From: an uncultured Desulfarculaceae bacterium
GTDB lineage: Bacteria; Desulfobacterota; Desulfocorpusculales; Desulfocorpusculum
Assembly (NCBI GenBank): GCA_964414345.1
Contig: CAYPWF010000004.1
Span: 23,865 to 87,864 of the forward strand
DNA: 64,000 nucleotides
Direction: 5' to 3'
Shown: positions 47,838-57,361 of the stretch, in pieces
How positions within the stretch are numbered: position 1 is the first letter of the stretch
Layout of the letters: each line of letters starts with the position of its first letter
Made by a program: the position numbers and the translations under genes
The notes under the pieces: generated by a model
The model's input: only the letters and a program-made list of their open reading frames with translations
Told to the model about the DNA's origin: nothing
Database searches by the model: none

Positions 47838-49094
47838 ATGAGTGAGATCGGTCACGGCGGGAAGCCCATTGTGGAGCGCATCCTGGATCCGGGTAAGGCC
47901 AAAGAGAAGATCAAAGGATTGAAAGAAATTCCTGTGCGAGAACAGATAGCCGTTGAGGTAATCGACATCGCCTATGGTTTCTTCTCTCCTTTGGAAGGGT
48001 TCATGAAGAAGGCAGACGTAGAAAGCGTCTGCAAGAAGATGAGACTTACTGACGGGACCGTCTGGAGCATCCCCATAGTTTTTGACCTTTCTGACAAGGA
48101 AATAGCAGACTACGGGATCAAGGCGGGAGACAGTGTGCTTCTGACCTATCAAGGGGCTCCCACGGCCATCTTCGATATAGAGGAGATTTACGATTACAAC
48201 AAGCAGGAGATGGCCAAGGACGTGTACGGCACTACAGAGGAGAAACACCCCGGGGTAAAGCGCACTTACCAGTACAAGGACAAGTTCCTGGGCGGGAAGA
48301 TCACCATGGTGAGCAAGCCCGTGATCAACGAGCCTTTTACTCCCTTTTTCCTGACTCCCTTGGAGATGAGAAAAAGGATAAAGGAGAAAGGCTGGATCCG
48401 CACCGTAGCCCACCAGACAAGAAACGTTCCCCACACCGGCCACGAGTGGCTCATGAAGGGCTCTTGGCTTTCGGCCTATGGGGAACTGCCTGTGGAAAAA
48501 ATGGTGGTGGGCGTGATTGTAAACGCCATCATAGGTGAAAAGAGGCCTGGGGACTATATTGACGAGGCAATAGTGCTTTGCCATGACGTGCTTAGGAAGG
48601 CCGGATACTTCAGAGAGGACGTGCATCTCACATCCATCTCCCTCTGGGACATGCGCTACGCCGGGCCTAGGGAAGCGGTCTTCCACGCTGCTCTCAGGGC
48701 CAACTTGGGGATCACCCACCACATGTTCGGCAGGGACCATGCTGGTGTGGGCACCTATTATGACCCCTACGACGCCCACAGGATCTTCGACAAGTTCTCC
48801 GAGAAGGATCTCAACATAAAGCCTGTTAGAGTTTTGGAGTGGTGGTACTGCCCACTGTGTGCAGAGGTCACGTACAAGGGGCTTTGCGCCCACACCGACA
48901 AGGTCCAGAACTTCAGCGGGACTCTCATCAGGAGCATCATCCAGGACGGGGTGAAGCCCCCAAGGCTCATCTTCAGGCCCGAGGTCTTTGACCTGATTCT
49001 GGAGTGCGCCGAGAAGTACGGCCAGGGAGATGCCTTTGTGACCCAGAAGTATCTGGAGAACCGTAATCCGGTTTTCACGTTCCCCAAGCTCTAG
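47838..49094 (+). CDS. sat: Sulfate adenylyltransferase (ATP sulfurylase)
   Basis: The conserved body starts at the ATG at 47838 (MSEIGHGGKPIVERIL...) with RBS AGGAGAGG. QTRN, GRDHAG and HxxH-type motifs (HQTRNVPHTGHEWL, FGRDHAGVG). Confidence 0.9.
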   Translation: MSEIGHGGKPIVERILDPGKAKEKIKGLKEIPVREQIAVEVIDIAYGFFSPLEGFMKKADVESVCKKMRLTDGTVWSIPIVFDLSDKEIADYGIKAGDSVLLTYQGAPTAIFDIEEIYDYNKQEMAKDVYGTTEEKHPGVKRTYQYKDKFLGGKITMVSKPVINEPFTPFFLTPLEMRKRIKEKGWIRTVAHQTRNVPHTGHEWLMKGSWLSAYGELPVEKMVVGVIVNAIIGEKRPGDYIDEAIVLCHDVLRKAGYFREDVHLTSISLWDMRYAGPREAVFHAALRANLGITHHMFGRDHAGVGTYYDPYDAHRIFDKFSEKDLNIKPVRVLEWWYCPLCAEVTYKGLCAHTDKVQNFSGTLIRSIIQDGVKPPRLIFRPEVFDLILECAEKYGQGDAFVTQKYLENRNPVFTFPKL

Positions 49095-49121
49095 AGCGCG
49101 TCCGAGAGGAGGAGACACGAA

Positions 49122-49415
49122 ATGGCCGAGACCTTTCCCATCAATGTCTGGATCAACGAGGAACGTTACGCCAAGCTTCAGGCCGCAGGCCTTGCGGATC
49201 TTTGCCAGGAGATGCTGGCAGGACTCAAGGTCCTGAGGGTCCCCACCACGGCCGAGCAGCGTGATGAGCTTCTGAAACGTTACCCCATGGCCAAGTTCGA
49301 CAGCGCCACAACCAAAAGCATCGAGCTGCTTCCCAAAGCCGTGAAAGACCAGATCTTTGATCTAATTGTGGCCAGAAAAAAGGTGGATGTGATCGGGGAA
49401 TTCTTAAAGAAGTGA
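49122..49415 (+). CDS. Small hypothetical protein (97 aa) encoded between sat and aprB
   Basis: Strong RBS GAGAGGAGGAG 8 nt upstream of the ATG. Soluble, charged sequence with no recognised domain. Confidence 0.5.
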   Translation: MAETFPINVWINEERYAKLQAAGLADLCQEMLAGLKVLRVPTTAEQRDELLKRYPMAKFDSATTKSIELLPKAVKDQIFDLIVARKKVDVIGEFLKK

Positions 49416-49542
49416 GTCTTGCCGAGGCCCATTGGGCTTCGAGACGGGAAAGGAGGTGAAAGCGGGTAGGAGCCTGTAAGTAGGGTGGGAGCGGAGTTTT
49501 GAACAGTTCACCCAAAAGACTTCTCAGTGAGGAGGAGAACTG

Positions 49543-49986
49543 ATGCCAAGCTATGTGATTCTGGAGAAATGCGACGGGTGTAAGGGACAGGACAAGACGG
49601 CCTGCCAGTACATCTGCCCCAACGATCTCATGGTCCTCAACAAGGACACCATGAAGGCCTACAACAGGGCCCCAGAGATGTGCTGGGAGTGCTACAACTG
49701 CGTGAAAATCTGCCCCCAGCAGGCCATTGACGTCCGCGGATATGCGGATTTCGTGCCCATGGGAGCCTCCGTGGTCCCCTTGAGGAGCTCTGACTCCATC
49801 ATGTGGACCGTGAAATTCCGCAACGGGCAGATCAAGCGCTTCAAGTTCCCCATCCGGACAACCCCCGAGGGATCGGCAAAGCCTGACGGCGGATGGGAGA
49901 CCGGCTCGGACGACCTCAAGAGCCCGGTGCTGTTTACTGAGCCCGCCTCTTTGTGGCTCAAAGAGGTACCGACGCTGAAGAAGTAG
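49543..49986 (+). CDS. aprB: Adenylylsulfate (APS) reductase beta subunit
   Basis: 147 aa. RBS GAGGAGGAG. Two ferredoxin-type Cys clusters, CDGCKGQDKTACQYICP and CWECYNCVKICP. Confidence 0.92.
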   Translation: MPSYVILEKCDGCKGQDKTACQYICPNDLMVLNKDTMKAYNRAPEMCWECYNCVKICPQQAIDVRGYADFVPMGASVVPLRSSDSIMWTVKFRNGQIKRFKFPIRTTPEGSAKPDGGWETGSDDLKSPVLFTEPASLWLKEVPTLKK

Positions 49987-50014
49987 CATTGAACTTCCCA
50001 GGACACCCAAGGAG

Positions 50015-51910
50015 GTGAATTCCATGCAGAATTTTGAAACTGTCGAGGTGACAACCGATCTCTTGATCTGCGGCGGAGGCATGGCAGCCTGCGGCGCGGC
50101 CGTGGAGGCGTCTTATTGGGCCAAGAAGAAGGGCTTGAAGGTGACCCTGGTGGACAAGGCGGCCATGGACAGAAGCGGGGCCGTGGCCATGGGTCTTTCA
50201 GCCCTCAACCAGTACGTGGGCGTGGGTGAGGGGGACAACACCCCTGAGCAGTATGTGGACTACGTGCGCAACGACCTTATGGGCATCACCCGTGAGGACC
50301 TGGTCTACGACATCGCCCGGCACGTGGACTCCACCGTGCACCTGTTTGAGAAGTGGGGACTTCCCATTTGGAAAGACGAAAACGGCAAGTACGTGCACGA
50401 GGGGCGCTGGCAGCTCATGATCAACGGCGAGTCCTACAAGGTCGTGGTGGCCGAAGCTGCCAAGAACGCCATGAAAGAGGCAGGCGGGGAGATCTACGAG
50501 AGGGTCTTCATCGTGGAGCCCCTCATGGACGGGGATCGCATTGCAGGGGCCGTTGGCTTCAGCGTTCGCGAGAACAAGTTCTACGTGTTCAAGGCAAAGG
50601 CAGTCCTGGCTGCCATGGGTGGCGCGGTGCATGTGTTCCGTCCCCGTTCGGTGGGCGAGGGCCTGGGCCGCTCCTGGTATCCTCCCTTTAACAGCGGCTC
50701 CAGCGCTTACTTCACCCTGAGGGCCGGAGCTGAGATGACCTGCCAGGAAGTCAGATTTATCCCTGTCAGGTTCAAGGATGCTTACGGGCCTGTAGGCGCT
50801 TGGTTCCTGCTTTTCAAGTCCAGAGCCACCAATGCCTTTGGCGGGGACTACATGGTGGAGAGAAAGGACGAGCTTGAGAAGTGGGCTCCTTATGGCCTGG
50901 TGAAGCCCATTCCGGCCAACTTGCGCAACTGGCTGGGCATGCTGGATATGAAAGAGGGCAAGGGCCCCATCTACATGAGAACAGAGGAAGCTATTCAGAA
51001 GATCGCCCAGTCCTCTGGGGACGAGAAGGCCGCCAAGAAGAAGCTCAAGGAGCTGGAGGCCGAGGCTTGGGAGGACTTCCTGGACATGACCATTTCCCAG
51101 GCCATCCTGTGGGCTGCCCAGAACATCCAGCCCGAGGAGAAAGGCTCCGAGATCTTTGCCTGCGAGCCATATTTCATCGGCTCCCACTCCGGGGCCTCGG
51201 GTGCTTGGGTGAGCGGTCCCCAGGACGTGGCCCCACCTGAGTACTTCTGGGGCTACAACCGTATGTCCACAGTGAAGGGGCTCTTCTGCGCAGGGGATGC
51301 CTCCGGGGCATCCAGCCACAAGTTCTCGGATGGCTCCCACTGCGAGGGCCGCATCGCTGCCAAGGGCGCCATGGCTTTCATCGTGGACAACCCAGAGCAG
51401 CCCAAGGTGGATCCCAAGCAGGTGGAGGCCCTCAAGGAGCGGATCCTGAGACCCCTGGCGCTCTACGAGCAGCACAAGGACCTCTCGGACAATCCTGACA
51501 TCAACCCCAACTACATCAAGCCCAAGATGTTCATGTTCAGGCTCCAGAAGATCATGGACGAGTACTCGGGCGGCTACTCTGCTGATTTCACCACCAGCGG
51601 CAAGATGCTGGAAAGAGGCCTGGAGCTCCTGCAGTTCCTGAAAGAGGACTCCGAGAAGCTGGCGGCTGCAGATCTCCACGAGCTCATGCGCTGCTGGGAG
51701 AACGTGCAGAGGATGTGGCAGGCCGAGGCCCACATGAGATCCATCCTGTTCAGGGAGGAGACCAGGTGGCCGGGATACTACTTCAGGGCAGACTTCCCCA
51801 ATATGGACAAGAACTGGGAGGTCTTTGTAAACTGCAAGTGGGATCCCAAGACCGACAAGTGGGAGATGATGAAAAGACCGGTGTTGAAGTTCATCAGCGC
51901 TGGGAAGTGA
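50015..51910 (+). CDS. aprA: Adenylylsulfate (APS) reductase alpha subunit
   Basis: 631 aa flavoprotein. N-terminal FAD dinucleotide-binding LLICGGGMAACGAA. RBS AAGGAGGTG. Confidence 0.93.
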   Translation: MNSMQNFETVEVTTDLLICGGGMAACGAAVEASYWAKKKGLKVTLVDKAAMDRSGAVAMGLSALNQYVGVGEGDNTPEQYVDYVRNDLMGITREDLVYDIARHVDSTVHLFEKWGLPIWKDENGKYVHEGRWQLMINGESYKVVVAEAAKNAMKEAGGEIYERVFIVEPLMDGDRIAGAVGFSVRENKFYVFKAKAVLAAMGGAVHVFRPRSVGEGLGRSWYPPFNSGSSAYFTLRAGAEMTCQEVRFIPVRFKDAYGPVGAWFLLFKSRATNAFGGDYMVERKDELEKWAPYGLVKPIPANLRNWLGMLDMKEGKGPIYMRTEEAIQKIAQSSGDEKAAKKKLKELEAEAWEDFLDMTISQAILWAAQNIQPEEKGSEIFACEPYFIGSHSGASGAWVSGPQDVAPPEYFWGYNRMSTVKGLFCAGDASGASSHKFSDGSHCEGRIAAKGAMAFIVDNPEQPKVDPKQVEALKERILRPLALYEQHKDLSDNPDINPNYIKPKMFMFRLQKIMDEYSGGYSADFTTSGKMLERGLELLQFLKEDSEKLAAADLHELMRCWENVQRMWQAEAHMRSILFREETRWPGYYFRADFPNMDKNWEVFVNCKWDPKTDKWEMMKRPVLKFISAGK

Positions 51911-51963
51911 TAGGGATCAGCCCAAGTGGGCCCTTGACACCGGGTTAACTCGGTGGTACTTCG

Positions 51964-52007
51964 GGGCTCCAGGTGCTCTGCGAGGAGTGCCTGGAGCCCT
52001 CTTTTGA
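51964..52007 (+). terminator. Candidate intrinsic terminator/attenuator hairpin in the aprA-qmoA intergenic region
   Basis: Perfect 10-bp stem GGGCTCCAGG / CCTGGAGCCC with a 17-nt loop, immediately followed by TCTTTTG. Confidence 0.5.
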
Positions 52008-52127
52008 TGAGGGCCAATAGAAACCTGCCGCTCGCCCGAAGGAGGGGCCCGGTATTGGGGGCCGTGGGGGCTCTTTCGGGGAAGCGGCATGGCAGGCCGG
52101 GCATCGATGCCCCAATGGAGGTTCAGA

Positions 52128-53384
52128 ATGGGAGAGCAGACACGCAAAGGAGTGATGGTTATAGGGGGAGGGATAGCCGGGATCACCGCAGCCATAGAGG
52201 CTGCAGAGGTGGGCTTCCCGGTGTTCCTGGTGGAGAGGGAGCCTTACCTGGGAGGGAGGGTCGTGAGGTTCGATCAGTACTTCCCCAAGTTCTGCCCTCC
52301 CACCTGCGGAATGGAGATCAACTTCAGGCGGATAAAGGCAAACCCCCTGATTCAATATTTCACCATGGCCGAGGTGGTTGATCTCAAGGGCGTGGAAGGT
52401 GATTTCCAGGTGAAAGTGCGTGTGAATCCCAGGTACGTGAATGAGAAGTGCACGGCCTGCGGGAAATGCGCCGAGGTCTGCCAGACAGAGATCCCGGATC
52501 CTTTCAACTACGGTATGAAAAAGATCAAGGCAGCCTACCTCCCCCACGAAATGGCCTTCCCCATGAGATACGTGCTGGCCCCGGAAATAATAGGCACCGA
52601 GGAAGCCGCCAGATGCAGGGATGCATGTCCTTACGGGGCTATTGACCTGGAGATGGGTCCTGTAACCATAGAACTGAAAGTTGCTTCCATTGTTGTGGCC
52701 ACGGGCTGGGATCCATACGATGCGAGCCGCATGGAGAACTTGGCTTTTGGGAAAGCCCCCAATGTGATCACCAATGTCATGATGGAGAGGCTCCATGCTG
52801 CCAACGGCCCCACACAGGGAAAGGTTTTGCGCCCCTCGGACGGGAAACCACCTCACACTGTGGTCTTTTGCCAATGCGCAGGTCAGCGGGATGAGAATCA
52901 CCTTCGGTTTTGCTCAAGGGTGTGTTGCTCGGCCACTCTCAAACAAGTGCAATATGTGCGCAAACAGTATCCAGACTCCCAGGTGTACGTGTTTTACATA
53001 GATCTCAGGGCTCTGGGCAGAAACGAAGATCTGCTCACCGCAGTGCAGGGGGATCCCAACGTGCATCTTATAAAGGGCAAGGTGGCGCGTATCACCGAGG
53101 ATCCCGTCAAGCACAACCCCATAGTGGAGGCCGAGATAACTGCCTCTGGAAAGATCTCCCGCACCATGGCGGATCTGGTAGTGCTTGCTACGGGAATGAT
53201 GCCCAGCACGGCACAGGAGAGGCCGTCTGGGATGCAGCTGAGCTGTGACGAAGACGGATTCGTGCTGGATGGAGCCGGGGTTTACGGGGCTGGATGCGCC
53301 AGAAAACCCATGGAGGTCTCGGCCACGGTGCAGGACGCCACTAGTGCCGCCCTGAAGGCCATCCAGTCTGCGGTGAGGAGGTGA
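52128..53384 (+). CDS. qmoA: Quinone-interacting membrane-bound oxidoreductase subunit A (HdrA-like flavoprotein)
   Basis: The body starts at the ATG at 52128 (MGEQTRKGVMVIGGGIAGITAA), preceded by GGAGG. FAD-binding GGGIAG. Ferredoxin-like CTACGKCAEVC. Confidence 0.85.
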   Translation: MGEQTRKGVMVIGGGIAGITAAIEAAEVGFPVFLVEREPYLGGRVVRFDQYFPKFCPPTCGMEINFRRIKANPLIQYFTMAEVVDLKGVEGDFQVKVRVNPRYVNEKCTACGKCAEVCQTEIPDPFNYGMKKIKAAYLPHEMAFPMRYVLAPEIIGTEEAARCRDACPYGAIDLEMGPVTIELKVASIVVATGWDPYDASRMENLAFGKAPNVITNVMMERLHAANGPTQGKVLRPSDGKPPHTVVFCQCAGQRDENHLRFCSRVCCSATLKQVQYVRKQYPDSQVYVFYIDLRALGRNEDLLTAVQGDPNVHLIKGKVARITEDPVKHNPIVEAEITASGKISRTMADLVVLATGMMPSTAQERPSGMQLSCDEDGFVLDGAGVYGAGCARKPMEVSATVQDATSAALKAIQSAVRR

Positions 53385-53388
53385 GTCA

Positions 53389-55647
53389 ATGGATCGTAAG
53401 ATAGGCGCCTATTTGTGCACAGGTTGCGGCATAGGCCAAGGACTGGATGTAGAGCAGCTGGAAAAGGTAGCCAAGGGGGATTGCAAGGCCGCCTTGTGTA
53501 GAAGTTCAGAGATGTTGTGCGGGCCTGAAGCCCTTGCCTTGATCAAGCAGGACATGGCCCAAGAGGGGATCAATGCTTTGCTGATAGCAGCCTGCTCCCC
53601 GAGGGCCAAAACCGAGGTTTTCTCTTTTGACCCCAGGGAAGTACTGGTGGAAAGAGTCAATCTAAGGGAGCAGGTGGTCTGGAGCCACAGGCAGCAGGGG
53701 GCTGAGAGCCAGAAACCAGACGAGGACGTGCAGATGATGGCCGAGGATCAGCTTCGTATGGGAGCTGCCAGGCTTCAAAACATGGATATCTTGGTCCCTT
53801 ACACCGAGGAAATCAACAAGAGGATCTTGGTGGTAGGGGGGGGGGTCACAGGGATGACGGCCGCTTTGGAGGCGGCCAAGGCCGGATATCAGACAGTTCT
53901 GGTGGAGAGGGAGGCCAGCTTGGGGGGATTTGCCTCCAGACTCTTCAGACAATATCCTGAGAGGACGCCTTACAGGGAGTTGGAAGAGCCTGTTTGGGAG
54001 ACTTTGGCCGAGTCCCTAAAGAGGGAGTCAGGTGTGAGTATTTATTGCTCTTCCACAATAGAGCGCATAGAGGGAGCCCCTGGCATGTTTGAGGCCTTTA
54101 TCCGCAAAGGGGAAGACACAATCCAGGAAAAAGTGGGCTCCATAGTCTTGGCCACTGGGTTTGAGCCTTACGATCCTAACAGATTGGGTCACCTGGGCTA
54201 CGGCAAAAGCCCCAATGTGATCACCACTGTGGAAATGGAGGATCTGGCCAGGACCGGGAATCTGGTAAGGCCCTCTGACGGCAAAAAAGCAGAGAGTGTT
54301 GCCTTTGTGCTTTGTGCTGGCTCTCGGGACCCCGAGCACCTGCCTTACTGTTCCACGGTTTGCTGCATGACGGCCCTTAAGCAGGCCATGTACATCAGGG
54401 AGGGGAATTCCGAGTCCAAGGTTTTCGTGTTCTACAAAGACCTCCGGACCCCTGGCCAGTATGAAAACTTCTACAGAAGGGTGCAGGAGGAGGAAGGGGT
54501 ATTTTTGACAAAAGGCCAGGTAGTGGCAGTAGAGGCAAAGGGGGACGGCTCCTTGCTGGTGGAAGCGGAAGACCAGCTCATGGGGGAGAAGATCCAGGTG
54601 AAAGTGGACCTCCTGGTTTTGGCAACCGGCATGGTGCCGCGCACTGCCTTGGGGGAGGAATCCAGAGAAGAGACCAAGGAAGAGGCTCCAGACAAGAAGC
54701 AGGACATCGCTTCCCAGCTGCTCATACCCACCAGAATCATACGCTCCAATACCCTGAACCTGGCCTATAGGCAGGGGCCGGAACTCCCGGAATTGAAGTA
54801 CGGGTTTCCTGACTCCCATTTCATATGCTTCCCTTACGAGACCCGCAGGACTGGCATATACGCAGCTGGACCGGTGCGTGCCCCCATGGACATTGCCTTC
54901 AGCCAGGAAGATGCCAGAGGTGCGGTGCTCAAGGCCATCCAGTGTGTGGAGCTGACGGCTCAAGGCAAGGCCGTGCACCCTAGGGCAGGGGACATGAGCT
55001 ATCCAGAACTCTTCATGCAGCGGTGCACCCAATGCAAGCGTTGTACCGAGGAGTGCCCTTTCGGGATGTACAACGAGGATGAGAAAGGCAATCCCCTCCC
55101 CAATCCCACCAGATGCAGGCGTTGCTCTGTTTGTATGGGGTCTTGCCCCGAGCGCATTATCTCCTTCAAGGATTACTCCGTGGGGATGATCGGGGCCATG
55201 ATAAAGGCCATAGAGGTCCCGGACGAGACAGAGGAGAAGCCCAGGATCTTGGTGCTGGCATGCGAGAACGATGCATACCCGGCCTTGGACATGGTTGGAA
55301 TCAGGGGAGGCAGTTACAACTCTTTTGTGCGTATCATCCCTCTGAGGTGCCTGGGCTCCTTAAACCTCATATGGATCGCCGATGCCCTGTCCAAAGGCAT
55401 AGATGGGGTGTTGCTCCTGGGTTGCAAGCATGGAGAGGACTATCAATGTCATATGGCCAAGGGAAGTGAGCTTGCCAATTACCGCCTGGCCAAAGTCTCG
55501 GAGACCCTTGACAGGCTGGCTCTGGAGTCCTCCCGCATACGGGTTGAACAGATAGAGATCTCAGACTACCATCGAATCCCCGCCATTATGGAGGAATTCC
55601 TGGAGACCATTCAGGAGGTGGGCCCCAATCCCTATAAAGGATTCTGA
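53389..55647 (+). CDS. qmoB: Quinone-interacting membrane-bound oxidoreductase subunit B (HdrA-like with MvhD-like C-terminal domain)
   Basis: 752 aa. FAD motif VVGGGVTGMTAA. 4Fe-4S Cys motifs CTQCKRCTEECP and CRRCSVCMGSCP. The C-terminal MvhD-like Cys-rich region is typical of QmoB. Confidence 0.85.
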   Translation: MDRKIGAYLCTGCGIGQGLDVEQLEKVAKGDCKAALCRSSEMLCGPEALALIKQDMAQEGINALLIAACSPRAKTEVFSFDPREVLVERVNLREQVVWSHRQQGAESQKPDEDVQMMAEDQLRMGAARLQNMDILVPYTEEINKRILVVGGGVTGMTAALEAAKAGYQTVLVEREASLGGFASRLFRQYPERTPYRELEEPVWETLAESLKRESGVSIYCSSTIERIEGAPGMFEAFIRKGEDTIQEKVGSIVLATGFEPYDPNRLGHLGYGKSPNVITTVEMEDLARTGNLVRPSDGKKAESVAFVLCAGSRDPEHLPYCSTVCCMTALKQAMYIREGNSESKVFVFYKDLRTPGQYENFYRRVQEEEGVFLTKGQVVAVEAKGDGSLLVEAEDQLMGEKIQVKVDLLVLATGMVPRTALGEESREETKEEAPDKKQDIASQLLIPTRIIRSNTLNLAYRQGPELPELKYGFPDSHFICFPYETRRTGIYAAGPVRAPMDIAFSQEDARGAVLKAIQCVELTAQGKAVHPRAGDMSYPELFMQRCTQCKRCTEECPFGMYNEDEKGNPLPNPTRCRRCSVCMGSCPERIISFKDYSVGMIGAMIKAIEVPDETEEKPRILVLACENDAYPALDMVGIRGGSYNSFVRIIPLRCLGSLNLIWIADALSKGIDGVLLLGCKHGEDYQCHMAKGSELANYRLAKVSETLDRLALESSRIRVEQIEISDYHRIPAIMEEFLETIQEVGPNPYKGF

Positions 55648-55689
55648 GGTGGAAGAGAATGGAGTGGGCCAGGTGGGATCAGCGGGGTT

Positions 55690-55820
55690 TCCCCCTTGGG
55701 CTTCTGAGGGGGTCTTGCTTAATCGGCTCTTGAGGCTTGACCAGAGTTGGAATCAATTGTACCGGAGGCTTGGGAAAGCAAGACCTGAAGCGGCCAGCAT
55801 TAGAGAATAATCCGGGCTTT
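55690..55820 (+). repeat. Repeat element copy E (divergent), between qmoB and qmoC
   Basis: Hairpin CCCCCT-N10-AGGGGG. GAGTTGGAATCAATTG resembles the GAGTCGGAATATG block. Conserved 3' end AGAGAATAATCCGGGCTTT. Confidence 0.55.
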
Positions 55821-55846
55821 GGATCTGACTGCCCGGGCTATAGGAG

Positions 55847-57037
55847 GTGGCTCAGATGTCACAGGTAAGGCTTTTGGAACCGGATCTTTCTTTCATCAGG
55901 GAGATGAAGGCCAATGGCGGGGAGGATCTTAAGAAGTGTTTCCAGTGCGCCACCTGCTCAGTGGTGTGCAACGTCTCCCCGGATGAGAGGCCTTTCCCCA
56001 GGAAAGAGATGCTTTGGAGCCAGTGGGGTCTAAAAGAGAGGCTTCTGGGGGATCCGGACGTTTGGTTGTGTCATCAATGCCACGACTGTACCAAGTACTG
56101 CCCAAGGGGGGCACGGCCTGGAGACGTGTTGGGGGCGCTTCAGCGCATGAGCGTGTTGCGTTACGGAGTGCCCTCCTCAGTGGCTCGAATGGTTCATGAA
56201 CCCAAGTACTTACCACTGGTGTTCGGCATACCCGTGGTAATCCTATTGGTTTTTATGGCCGCCAGCGGCACCCTTGGAATTCCGCAAGGGGAGATCATTT
56301 ACAGGAAATTCATCCCCCAATGGCCGGTTGTGGACGTCATCTTTCCTCTTACAGCCATCTGGACCCTGATTTGCTCGGCCCTAGGGGTAAGAAACATGTG
56401 GAGAGAACTGGTCAAGCAGGGGCCCCAGATCAGGAAGGAGTACAGCTATTCCCCCTTGGAATGGGTGACAGTTTACGTGGGGGGCACCATTGTGGACATT
56501 CTCAAACACCAGTTCTTCAAGCTTTGTGAGACCAACCGCTCCAGGTACACGGCCCATTTCAACATATTGTGGGGATTCATTCTGTTGGCCATAACAACCA
56601 CTTGTGTGGCAGCCGGAGTCTACGTTTTTGGGAAGCAAACCCCCTATGCCCTAACGAACCCCATCAAGTGGATAGGGAACCTGGGGGCAGTGATTCTGAT
56701 AGTGGGATCCATCATTGCCATTCGCAATAGGTTGGTTCAGGGGGAGGCTGCAGGTAAGGCCACCTACTTTGAATGGCTTTTCCTCTGGGTTGTGCTGGCA
56801 ACAGGGCTGAGCGGATTGCTGACAGAGCTGCTTCGTTTGGCCAATGTCCCCTATGTAGCATACCCCATGTATTTTGTGCACTTGGTTTGCGTTTGGTTTC
56901 TCTTTGCTTACCTTCCGTTTTCCAAGTTTGCTCATATGCTTTACAGGACCACAGCTATGGTCTATGCCAAATACATTGGAAGGCAGCTAAGCAAGGGTGT
57001 TGACATATCGGTGCCTGCCCCGGCGGGAGGACATTGA
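55847..57037 (+). CDS. qmoC: Quinone-interacting membrane-bound oxidoreductase subunit C (HdrC-like FeS domain fused to HdrE/NarI-like heme b membrane domain)
   Basis: 396 aa. N-terminal CFQCATCSVVC and CHQCHDCTKYCP FeS motifs, followed by ~6 TM helices. Confidence 0.8.
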   Translation: MAQMSQVRLLEPDLSFIREMKANGGEDLKKCFQCATCSVVCNVSPDERPFPRKEMLWSQWGLKERLLGDPDVWLCHQCHDCTKYCPRGARPGDVLGALQRMSVLRYGVPSSVARMVHEPKYLPLVFGIPVVILLVFMAASGTLGIPQGEIIYRKFIPQWPVVDVIFPLTAIWTLICSALGVRNMWRELVKQGPQIRKEYSYSPLEWVTVYVGGTIVDILKHQFFKLCETNRSRYTAHFNILWGFILLAITTTCVAAGVYVFGKQTPYALTNPIKWIGNLGAVILIVGSIIAIRNRLVQGEAAGKATYFEWLFLWVVLATGLSGLLTELLRLANVPYVAYPMYFVHLVCVWFLFAYLPFSKFAHMLYRTTAMVYAKYIGRQLSKGVDISVPAPAGGH

Positions 57038-57062
57038 TATGGGCGTGGAGGACTGATCTGAC

Positions 57063-57263
57063 GTGGTCACAGAAAGCCTCCTAGTTAGGCTTGTCAAAGC
57101 CGTCTATTGCTATGAGAGAGAGCTGGATGCACTTCGCAGACCGGAAGGGGTGGAGATCGGTCACAACACGCTTGTGGAGAGAATTGCGAGAAAATACGGA
57201 AAGAGCCGGGAGGAAAAGCTCCTCATAATGGAGACCCTGGCCAATTACAGGGGGGAGGATTGA
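57063..57263 (+). CDS. Small hypothetical protein (66 aa, GTG start) immediately downstream of qmoC
   Basis: GGAGGA 11 nt upstream of the GTG. No recognised domain. Could be shorter, starting at an internal ATG. Confidence 0.3.
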   Translation: MVTESLLVRLVKAVYCYERELDALRRPEGVEIGHNTLVERIARKYGKSREEKLLIMETLANYRGED

Positions 57264-57361
57264 GTTTGTTCCTGTGAGAAAAACCTTTCTTGCTGTAAGA
57301 GGCTCATAGCAAGCTCTCCAAGACTGAAAAAGGCCCTCCAAGTGGCGGAATCGAGGAAACA

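Noticed and set aside
47736-49118. 460-aa ORF on the minus strand antisense to sat
   Set aside because: It completely overlaps a gene with unmistakable Sat motifs on the + strand. In a ~60% GC genome, long antisense ORFs free of stops are common and spurious. Similar cases at 50198-51733 (antisense to aprA), 5792-6715, 10440-10916 and others.
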